The notes under the pieces were generated by a model. It searched no databases. It saw nothing but the letters and a program-made list of their open reading frames with translations, and had not been told where the DNA came from. The position numbers and the translations under genes are program-made. From positions 362,781 through 426,780 of the forward strand of contig OZ257254.1 of NCBI GenBank assembly GCA_965279645.1: a stretch of DNA of 64,000 nt, given 5' to 3'. This document shows, piece after piece, positions 9,288 to 16,736 of this stretch. Origin of the DNA: Rhodoglobus sp. (lineage in GTDB: Bacteria > Actinomycetota > Actinomycetes > Actinomycetales > Microbacteriaceae). Each line of letters begins with the position of its first letter. Within the stretch, counting starts at the first letter, position 1.

Positions 9288-10975
9288 CGCGCAAACAGAA
9301 TTGGCTCCGCTGGACGGGGCTCGCCGCGGTGGTACTTGTGCCACTCGCCTTTGCCGGACTGTTCGTCGGCGCAATCGGGCAGGGCGACAAGGCCCTCGAC
9401 TCGATTCCCGTCGCCATCGTGAACGCCGACAAGCTGCAGGTGGTCGAGAACGCCGACGGAACCGAGACGAACGTGTTCGCGGGTCGGCAGCTCGTCACCG
9501 AGCTCACGGGCTCCGACGGGTTCGACTGGACCATCACGAACGCCGACGACGCGCAGGCCAAGCTCGACAAGGGCGAGGTCTACGCGGTGCTGACCGTTCC
9601 GGCTAACTTCAGCGACAGCATCCTGTCGTTGTCGAGCGACAACCCGCAGAAGGCCGACATCTCCATTCACACGGATGACGCGCACAGCTACCTCACCGGA
9701 TCAGTCGCCCAGGTCGTGGGCCAGACCATGACTGACACCTTTGGCAATGCGATCACTGCGCAGTACATCGGTGGCATCTACTCGAGCCTCGGCGACCTCG
9801 GTACCGCGCTCACCTCGGCGGCCGATGGCGCGACGCAGCTCGCTAACGGCGGTGCGCAGCTCACTGCCGGAGTTCAGCAGTACGTCGACGGTGTCGGCTC
9901 GCTCGAAAGCGGGCTGTGGACCCTCAGCGACAGCACGGCGCAACTCGGCCAGTTGTCGAGCGGCGTTTCGAGCTACACGAGCGGTGTCAGCCAGGTGTCG
10001 CAGGGGCTCAGCGCGATCGCGCCGGCCATGACCGCGCCGACTCCCGAGCTGCAGGCACAGTTCAACGCTCTCGTGGGCGGTCTTGCGCAGGCAGCGGCGG
10101 GCGGTCCTGCCCTCGCCTCGGGCGCTGCCGGTCTGCCGCAATTGCACGACGGAATTAACCAGGTCGCATCGGGAGCGTCACAGCTGACCGACAGCGGGTC
10201 GGCCCTCGTGTCGGGAGCTTCGGGGCTCACGTCGGGTGCCACGGACCTTGCTGCCGGCCTCACCTCGGGCGCATCGCAGATTCCGGCCACCGACGCCGAC
10301 GCTGCTGCTGCTTCCGCCGAGGTCGCGGCCGACCCCGTGGGGCTCACCGTCTCGACGGCCAACGCCGTTTCCGACGTCGGGCAGGCTGTCGCCACCTTCT
10401 TCGTGCCGCTCGGCCTGTGGCTCGGTGCGCTCGCGGTGTTCCTCGTGCTTCGGCCGGTGACGCGTCGCGCTCTCACGTCGACGGCGAGCAACGGTCGGCT
10501 CGTGGCGTCCGCCATCGGCCGCGCGAGCCTCATCACGGCCGCGCAGGCCGTGCTGCTTGTGGCGATGCTGCACGGAGCCCTCGGGGTGGCGTGGTCGCTT
10601 CTGCCCGCGACCCTCGCGTTCTCGCTGCTCACGGCCGTGGCCTTCACCGCGTTCCATTACCTGCTCACGATCGGTCTCGGTCGTGCGGGTCTCGTGGTCT
10701 CGCTGTTCGCCCTCGCCGTGCAGATCACATCGACCGGTGGCATCTACCCGATCGAGTTGCTGTCGTCGCCGTTCCAGATTGTGAGCCCGTTCCTGCCCCT
10801 GACCTACGCGGTGCAGGGCATGCAGGGCATCCTTGCGGGCGGAAACCCGTCAGGAGTAGTCTCGGCCGCGCTCATCCTGCTCGCGTTCGGCGTGGGCAGT
10901 GTGCTCATCTCGCTTATCGCGATTCGACGCACGCGCCGCGCGAGCGCGCTGGGCCTGGTGCCGAGCGCCGCGTAG
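9284..10975 (+). CDS. YhgE/Pip-family membrane protein
   Basis: N-terminal TM, IPVAIVNAD, AGRQLVTEL, heptad-like LxxGAxQL repeats, C-terminal ABC-2-like TMs with GGIYPIE...PFLPLTYAV. Confidence 0.88.
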   Translation: MTRKQNWLRWTGLAAVVLVPLAFAGLFVGAIGQGDKALDSIPVAIVNADKLQVVENADGTETNVFAGRQLVTELTGSDGFDWTITNADDAQAKLDKGEVYAVLTVPANFSDSILSLSSDNPQKADISIHTDDAHSYLTGSVAQVVGQTMTDTFGNAITAQYIGGIYSSLGDLGTALTSAADGATQLANGGAQLTAGVQQYVDGVGSLESGLWTLSDSTAQLGQLSSGVSSYTSGVSQVSQGLSAIAPAMTAPTPELQAQFNALVGGLAQAAAGGPALASGAAGLPQLHDGINQVASGASQLTDSGSALVSGASGLTSGATDLAAGLTSGASQIPATDADAAAASAEVAADPVGLTVSTANAVSDVGQAVATFFVPLGLWLGALAVFLVLRPVTRRALTSTASNGRLVASAIGRASLITAAQAVLLVAMLHGALGVAWSLLPATLAFSLLTAVAFTAFHYLLTIGLGRAGLVVSLFALAVQITSTGGIYPIELLSSPFQIVSPFLPLTYAVQGMQGILAGGNPSGVVSAALILLAFGVGSVLISLIAIRRTRRASALGLVPSAA

Positions 10976-11036
10976 GGGATCCGCGTAGAGGATCTCGCGT
11001 CGGAGATTTTGCGTCGGAGATTTCGCGTAGGGGATC
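10969..11036. repeat. Degenerate 13-14 bp tandem repeat, 5 units
   Basis: cgcgtaggggatc / cgcgtagaggatc / tcgcgtcggagatt / ttgcgtcggagatt / tcgcgtaggggatc, starting across the yhgE stop codon. Confidence 0.7.
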
Positions 11037-11105
11037 TGTGCTCCCGACGCTCGCTAGCACCCAACGCAGCGCCCCGACGGAATCAAGTAGACCCGGCTTC
11101 TACCC

Positions 11106-11160
11106 GTTCACAGAGAACAGGAGACGAGAGGCTTTCTCGCTCATCCTGTTTTCTGTGAAC
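11106..11160. terminator. 55-nt inverted repeat between convergent genes (possible bidirectional terminator or REP-like element)
   Basis: GTTCACAGAGAACAGGA pairs with TCCTGTTTTCTGTGAAC (17 bp, one G-T pair) around an inner cgaga/tctcg stem; no U-tract. Confidence 0.55.
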
Positions 11161-11221
11161 GCTGGGGCAGGGCAGTCTCGTCGCTAGCGTGGTGCGGCCA
11201 TTCGCGAGGACGTGAGTTGCG

Positions 11222-11298
11222 GAGAGCGCCAGACCTCGAGGCGTCAGACCTCGAGAGCGCCAGATCCCGAGAAAGCCAGACCTCGAGAACGCCAGATA
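11222..11298. repeat. Degenerate 16-bp tandem repeat, about 5 units
   Basis: gagagcgccagacctc / gaggcgtcagacctc / gagagcgccagatccc / gagaaagccagacctc / gagaacgccagata; no unique spacers. Confidence 0.75.
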
Positions 11299-11376
11299 TG
11301 TGGATGCGTGCGGCGTCGCATCCACAAAAGTGGCGTTCTCGGGCCACAGCGGGTGCCCGCGCGAACTGAGGGGAGG

Positions 11377-11757
11377 TCAGGCAGCGCTGCGGGTACGGAA
11401 ACGGCTCGCGGCGGCCGCCACTACTTCGCGTTCGACGTCAACTTCGATTGAGTCGGGCCCGGTGCGGCGGATGAGCAGCGACTCTTCGATGTGACGCCAC
11501 AGCTCATCGTGCTCGGCCTGAAGCACTGCGGGGTCGGCAGTGTGGAGTGCGGGTTGCGCGCGCGGTGCCGATAGCGCTGACGTCACGTCCCAGGCGATGG
11601 TGTCTGCCACGGTCGAGACGAAAACGGCGTCGTCTGCGGTGGGGCGACCAAGCGTGATGCGGAAGCTGCCGCCCGGACCGAAAAGGTCGAACAGGCGGGA
11701 TCGCATCAGGTCGTAGACGGCCTGCTGGTCCGGTGCATCAGCGCTGTGTTCAGCCAC
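11377..11757 (-). CDS. Hypothetical protein (126 aa)
   Basis: GTG 11757 with an upstream GGGGA; protein-like composition (MRSRLFDLFGPGGSFRITL). The longer ORF-track start overlaps corA. Confidence 0.6.
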   Translation of the reverse strand: MAEHSADAPDQQAVYDLMRSRLFDLFGPGGSFRITLGRPTADDAVFVSTVADTIAWDVTSALSAPRAQPALHTADPAVLQAEHDELWRHIEESLLIRRTGPDSIEVDVEREVVAAAASRFRTRSAA

Positions 11758-11818
11758 GTCCCCAGTGTGGGGGACTAAACCCGCGGTTGAAGGCCGACAC
11801 GCCGATTTTCGTGGCCAA

Positions 11819-11865
11819 CGAGCCCGGCCAGCCAGCGAGCCCGGGCGGCCAGCGAGCCCGGCTAG
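11819..11865. repeat. 17-bp unit tandem repeat, about 3 units, at the corA 3' end
   Basis: cgagcccggccagccag / cgagcccgggcggccag / cgagcccggctag. Confidence 0.55.
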
Positions 11866-12878
11866 AGCCAGCCGCGCTTCTTGAACACGAAGTAGAGGGT
11901 GACGCCCGACGTGAGCATGAGACCAAGGGCGAAGGGATACCCGAGGGTCCAGTGCAACTCGGGCATGTAGTCGAAGTTCATGCCGTAGATGGCGCCGATG
12001 AGCGTTGGGGCGAACAGGATCGCCGCCCATCCCGAGATCTTCTTGACCTGCTCACCCTGCTCGATCGACGTGCGGGACATCAACCGCATCTCTTCGTTCT
12101 GCTCCTGCATCACGAGCGTCGACTGCACGGTGAGCGCGTTCTGCAGGATCGCCCGAAACGAGTCGGCCTTGGCAACGATCTGCAGGGTGTGGTCGAGCAC
12201 GTCGCGCAGGTTGCGCTGCAACTCGATGTCGACGTCGTATTTGTCGAAACCGGCCTCAAGGGAGTTCAGGATGTCGACGAGCGGGTGTGTCGCGCGCTGG
12301 AATGCCATCGCCTCGCGCGCGAGCGCGTAGATACGACGGGAGACGGCAGGATCGCCCTGGAAGATCTGGTTCTCGATCTCGTCGATGTCGTTCTCGAGTC
12401 CCGCGATCACGGGCTGGTATTCGTCGACAACTTCGTCGAGCACCGCGTACAGCACGGCCTGCGGGCCGAGGCCCAAGAGATCGGGGTTGTGCTCGAGACG
12501 CTTGCGCACGCGGCCCAGATCGGGGGATTCAGCATGCCGCACGGTGATCGCGAAGTTCGGACCGACAAAGAGGTGCACCTCACCGAACTCCACCTCTTCT
12601 GCCGCGTCGAGGTAGCGCGCGGGGCGAAGCACGACGAAGAGGGTGTCTCCGTAGCGCTCGATTTTGGGACGCTGGTGGCCGGTGAGCGCGTCTTCGACAG
12701 CGAGCGGGTGAAGGCTGAACTCTGTCGCGACCGCGCGCAGCTCGTCTTCGGTCGGACGGTACATGCCGATCCACGCGAAACCGCCGTGATCCCGCAACTC
12801 TTCGAAGCTCTGGTCGAGCGTGACGGGCCGGGCCTCACGCACGCCCTGACGATAAATAGCGTTGTCCACGATCGGCAT
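11862..12878 (-). CDS. corA: CorA-family Mg2+/Co2+ transporter
   Basis: HPLAVEDAL..HQRPKIERY and the GAIYGMNF signature followed by MPELHW..GYP. Confidence 0.95.
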   Translation of the reverse strand: MPIVDNAIYRQGVREARPVTLDQSFEELRDHGGFAWIGMYRPTEDELRAVATEFSLHPLAVEDALTGHQRPKIERYGDTLFVVLRPARYLDAAEEVEFGEVHLFVGPNFAITVRHAESPDLGRVRKRLEHNPDLLGLGPQAVLYAVLDEVVDEYQPVIAGLENDIDEIENQIFQGDPAVSRRIYALAREAMAFQRATHPLVDILNSLEAGFDKYDVDIELQRNLRDVLDHTLQIVAKADSFRAILQNALTVQSTLVMQEQNEEMRLMSRTSIEQGEQVKKISGWAAILFAPTLIGAIYGMNFDYMPELHWTLGYPFALGLMLTSGVTLYFVFKKRGWL

Positions 12879-12896
12879 GTGCTTAGGATATGCCGC

Positions 12897-13430
12897 ATGA
12901 ACCGTCGCACCCTGCTAGTCGTTCTCGCGGGCATCGCCGTCGTGGGAGTGGTCGCCGTCGCAGTCATATTCAAGCCGTGGTTGCTGTTCGTCAACGTCGA
13001 GGTGGATGACGCGCTGCCTAGTGTTGCGCCCACCGCTGCCCCCGAGCCCGACCCCACCGAAACCACGAATATCGAGCCAGCGCCCGTGCAGCTGTCGGCG
13101 GGGACGTTCATCAGCCACGAACACGCCACGACCGGATCAGTGCGCGTCGTGCTCAACACTGACGGGTCGCGTGTGCTCGCCATCGAGAACCTCACGACCT
13201 CGAGCGGTCCCGACGTGCACGTCTGGCTCAGCGCGTCCGACGTCGTCGAGGGCGTCGACGGCTGGTACACGGCGGGCTCGGCACCGTATCTCGACCTCGG
13301 CCCCATCAAGGGCAACCTCGGAAACCAGGTCTATGAGATCCCCGAGGGAGTCGACATCTCCAGCTACCGCAGCGTTTCGCTCTGGTGCGTCCAGTTCTCG
13401 GTGTCGTTCGGAGCCGCCCAGCTGGTCTGA
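12897..13430 (+). CDS. DM13 domain-containing membrane-anchored protein
   Basis: N-terminal TM; FISHEHATTG, SGPDVHVWLS, LGPIKGNLGNQVYEIP and VSLWCVQFSVSFGAA are typical DM13 motifs. Confidence 0.88.
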   Translation: MNRRTLLVVLAGIAVVGVVAVAVIFKPWLLFVNVEVDDALPSVAPTAAPEPDPTETTNIEPAPVQLSAGTFISHEHATTGSVRVVLNTDGSRVLAIENLTTSSGPDVHVWLSASDVVEGVDGWYTAGSAPYLDLGPIKGNLGNQVYEIPEGVDISSYRSVSLWCVQFSVSFGAAQLV

Positions 13431-14209
13431 CCGATGTGGCGGCGAGCGAACTGCTCAGTCTCCACGAGCATCTCGAGGCGTTCGCGGTCGCTGCCGTGGG
13501 TGTGCACCTCGGCGATTAGTGATCCGTTCCAGCGGCGGCCAGCCAGGTAGCCCAGCACCTCGGCTACCGGCTGCGTGCCGCGGCCGGGAACGAGGTGCTC
13601 GTCGAGCAGCCTGCCCTCGGCCTGCGATGCCGACCCGTCGCACAGGTGCACGTGCCGAAGTCGATCACCCATGGCGTAGGCAAGCTGGAGGGAATCCCGG
13701 CCCGCGAGAGAGGCGTGCGAGAAGTCGAGAGTCGTCGCGTCGCAGTCAACGAATACCGGGTCGGGACTCGGCGAGTAGCCTCGCGCCGTGACGGGGCCGA
13801 TCCGGAACGGAAACATGTTCTCCACGGCCATCGTGACCGAGTAGCGGTAGCCCAGCTCTTCGATGCAGTCCTCGAAATCGCGGGCGTAACGCCACTGCCA
13901 GCGGAACGGTGGATGCACGACCACCGTCGACGCGCCGAGCTGCGCCGCGAGCTCTGCGGACTTCTGCAGCTTGCGGGTCTGGCTCAGCCCCCACACGAAT
14001 TGCGTGAGGAACAGCACGGGAGCGTGAACGGAGAGCACGGGCATCCGGTACTTCTCGACCAGCCTGCCGAGGGCCTTCACGTCGCGTGTCGTCGGGTCGT
14101 TGGTGATCATCACCTCAACACCGTCGAAGCCGGCGGCTTTCGCCATCCGAAAGGCGCTCTCCGTGGAGAGCGGGAAGACGCAGGACGTGCTCATGCCGAC
14201 GCGAATCAT
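13364..14209 (-). CDS. Sugar phosphate isomerase/epimerase (AP endonuclease 2-like TIM barrel)
   Basis: GFDGVEVM, LSVHAP, VVVHPPF, AVENMF, TLDFSHAS, HVHLCDG, EHLVPGRG metal-binding pattern. Confidence 0.88.
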   Translation of the reverse strand: MIRVGMSTSCVFPLSTESAFRMAKAAGFDGVEVMITNDPTTRDVKALGRLVEKYRMPVLSVHAPVLFLTQFVWGLSQTRKLQKSAELAAQLGASTVVVHPPFRWQWRYARDFEDCIEELGYRYSVTMAVENMFPFRIGPVTARGYSPSPDPVFVDCDATTLDFSHASLAGRDSLQLAYAMGDRLRHVHLCDGSASQAEGRLLDEHLVPGRGTQPVAEVLGYLAGRRWNGSLIAEVHTHGSDRERLEMLVETEQFARRHIGQTSWAAPNDTENWTHQSETLR

Positions 14210-14302
14210 CGATTCTCAGGCTAGGTCGCGCACTTTACAGCTCGATGAACCCGGGGTGAAGCCCGAAAGGCCGGGTGGTGCTCGCTGGTAGTCTGGGACT
14301 CG

Positions 14303-15808
14303 ATGACTTCTGAGACGCACTCTGGCAGCCAGGAGTACGACTTCGTCGTTGTATCCAACCGGCTCCCCGTTGACCACGTAATTGACGCCGACGGCAATGC
14401 AAGCTGGACGACCTCGCCCGGTGGCCTTGTCACCGCTCTCGAGCCCGTCATGCGGGCGGCCGACGGTGCCTGGGTCGGGTGGGCCGGGCAGCCCGAGCTC
14501 GAGTACGAGCCGTTCGTCAATGACGGCATCCACATCATCCCCGTGCCGCTTACCGCCGCCGACATTGAGAACTTTTACGAGGGGTTCAGCAACGACACCC
14601 TCTGGCCGCTCTATCACGACGTGATTGCGTCTCCCGGCTACCACCGCATCTGGTGGGACAGCTACGTCGAGGTCAACCGCAGGTTCGCGAACGCCGCCGC
14701 CTCGGCGAGCGCCCAGAATGCGACCGTGTGGGTGCAGGATTACCAGCTGCAGCTCGTGCCCAGCATGCTGCGAGCCAAGCGCCCCGACCTCACGATCGGT
14801 TTCTTCAACCACATCCCGTTTCCCCCCTACGGCATCTTCTCGCAGCTGCCGTGGCGCACCCAGATCATCGAGGGCCTGCTGGGCGCCGATGTGATCGGCT
14901 TCCAGCGTGTAGCGGATGCCTCGAACTTCTCGCGAGCGGTGCGCAGGCTCACGAGCCACCCCACCAGGAATCCGGCCATCGAGGTGTCTGCTCCCGGCCA
15001 GCCCACCCGCCGCGTGATCGCGCGCTCGTTCCCCATCTCGATCGATTCGGCGAGCTTCGAGGCGCTCGCGCGCGAGCCGCACATCCAGGCGCGTGCTCGC
15101 GAAATTCGGGAGGGCCTCGGCAACCCCGAGACCGTCATGCTCGGGGTCGACCGCCTCGACTACACCAAGGGCATCGGCCACCGGCTCAAGGCGTATGGCG
15201 AGCTGCTCGCCGAGGGTCGACTCTCGGTCGAAGATGTCACCCTCGTTCAGGTCGCCGTTCCCAGCCGGGAGCGCGTCGATGCCTACATGCATCTGCGTGA
15301 CGAGATCGAGCTCACCGTCGGCCGCATCAACGGTGACTTCGGCACGATGAGCCACCAGGCGATCAGCTATCACCACCACGGCTACCCGCGCGAAGAAATG
15401 GTGGCGTTGTACCTGGCCGCCGACGTCGTGCTCGTTACGGCCCTGCGTGACGGCATGAACCTGGTTGCGAAGGAATATGTGGCCAGCCGCTTCGATGACG
15501 ATGGCGTGCTGATCCTGAGTGAGTTCGCCGGGGCATCCGACGAGCTCAAGCGCGCGCTGCTCGTGAACCCGCACGATATCGACGGCCTCAAGGAGAGCAT
15601 TCTCACGGCGATTGAGATGCCCAAGCGCGAACGCCAGGCCCGCATGCGCACGCTGCGGCGACGCGTGCTGGAGTACGACGTCAAGAAATGGTCGACGCAC
15701 TTTCTCGCTACGCTCGAACAGGCGAGGGCCGATCGCTTCGATCGCATCGCTCCCACCGAACTGCCCGAAGAACTCGAGTGGACGTTAGATCGGCGAAAGG
15801 CGCACTGA
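14303..15808 (+). CDS. otsA: Trehalose-6-phosphate synthase
   Basis: VVVSNRLP, GGLVTAL, WVQDYQL, GFFNHIPFP, GVDRLDYTKGI, DGMNLVAKEY. Confidence 0.97.
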   Translation: MTSETHSGSQEYDFVVVSNRLPVDHVIDADGNASWTTSPGGLVTALEPVMRAADGAWVGWAGQPELEYEPFVNDGIHIIPVPLTAADIENFYEGFSNDTLWPLYHDVIASPGYHRIWWDSYVEVNRRFANAAASASAQNATVWVQDYQLQLVPSMLRAKRPDLTIGFFNHIPFPPYGIFSQLPWRTQIIEGLLGADVIGFQRVADASNFSRAVRRLTSHPTRNPAIEVSAPGQPTRRVIARSFPISIDSASFEALAREPHIQARAREIREGLGNPETVMLGVDRLDYTKGIGHRLKAYGELLAEGRLSVEDVTLVQVAVPSRERVDAYMHLRDEIELTVGRINGDFGTMSHQAISYHHHGYPREEMVALYLAADVVLVTALRDGMNLVAKEYVASRFDDDGVLILSEFAGASDELKRALLVNPHDIDGLKESILTAIEMPKRERQARMRTLRRRVLEYDVKKWSTHFLATLEQARADRFDRIAPTELPEELEWTLDRRKAH

Positions 15809-15816
15809 GCTCCACA

Positions 15817-16632
15817 ATGGTCGACGTAGATACACCCCCCAGATATTCACGACTACCCGAGCCGCTCGTCGGCGCCCTTCGCGAACTGGCTCGCACCAAG
15901 CACCTGTTGGTCGCGCTCGACTTTGACGGCACCCTTGCCCCCGAGGTGGATGATCCGGAGCAGGCGCGAGCACTGCCCGAGGCTCGCGTGGCAGTGCTGC
16001 GCCTCCTGGGCATGCCGAACACGCGAGTCGCGCTCGTATCCGGACGCGCACTCAGAAGTCTCGAGCAGGTGGCCGATCTGCCGGACAACACGATCCTGGT
16101 GGGATCGCACGGCATCGAGATCCGTCTCGATTCGCCCGAAATTCGGTTGACTCTCGACACGGCCGAGATCCGTCAGGTCGATGTTCTCAGCACCGTGCTC
16201 GGCGAGGTTGCCGACGCGGTCGACCAGGTCTGGCTCGAGCCCAAGCCCGCGGGCTTCGCGCTTCACACGCGACTGGCGACCGACCACAACAGTCGCGTCG
16301 CCCATCTCGTGGCGCGCAGCGAGGCCTCCGCAGAGATCGCCGAGCTCACCATCCGTGAGGGCAAGAACGTGCTCGAGTTCTCGGTGCGGTCAACGACAAA
16401 GGGCGAGGCCGTCGAGCACCTGCGCCAGTACACGGGCGCCGATGCCGTGTTCTATGCGGGCGACGACGTGACCGACGAAGACGCGTTCGCGGCCCTCACG
16501 GCCGACGATGTCGGGCTCAAGAGCGGAGACGGGCCGACGCTCGCCAACTTTCGGGTTCCGGGGCCCACGCAGGTTGCCAGGGCGCTCGCGCTGCTTGCCG
16601 ACCTGCGCGAGGGCGACGTTCACGAGCAGTAA
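15817..16632 (+). CDS. otsB: Trehalose-6-phosphate phosphatase (HAD family)
   Basis: ALDFDGTL, VSGR, GKNVLE, KGEAV, YAGDDVTDEDAF; directly follows otsA. Confidence 0.95.
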   Translation: MVDVDTPPRYSRLPEPLVGALRELARTKHLLVALDFDGTLAPEVDDPEQARALPEARVAVLRLLGMPNTRVALVSGRALRSLEQVADLPDNTILVGSHGIEIRLDSPEIRLTLDTAEIRQVDVLSTVLGEVADAVDQVWLEPKPAGFALHTRLATDHNSRVAHLVARSEASAEIAELTIREGKNVLEFSVRSTTKGEAVEHLRQYTGADAVFYAGDDVTDEDAFAALTADDVGLKSGDGPTLANFRVPGPTQVARALALLADLREGDVHEQ

Positions 16633-16736
16633 CTACTCCCAGACCTCCCGGGTAGAATAGACGCGCGGCCCCGCCGGGAAACCCCGGGTGCTCCCCAGTG
16701 ACGTGCACCTGCCGCCCGAACGCCCTGGGAGGAACC

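Noticed and set aside
10969-11298. Possible mini-CRISPR array
   Set aside because: Units are 13-16 bp, directly abutting with no unique spacers, and no cas genes are nearby.
11733-13430. 565-aa plus-strand ORF
   Set aside because: The N-terminal 388 codons are antisense to corA; only the DM13 part from 12897 is protein-like.
13364-13430. 67-bp convergent overlap of the DM13 and isomerase genes as a functional feature
   Set aside because: Most simply a stop-codon read-through extension; no evidence of function.
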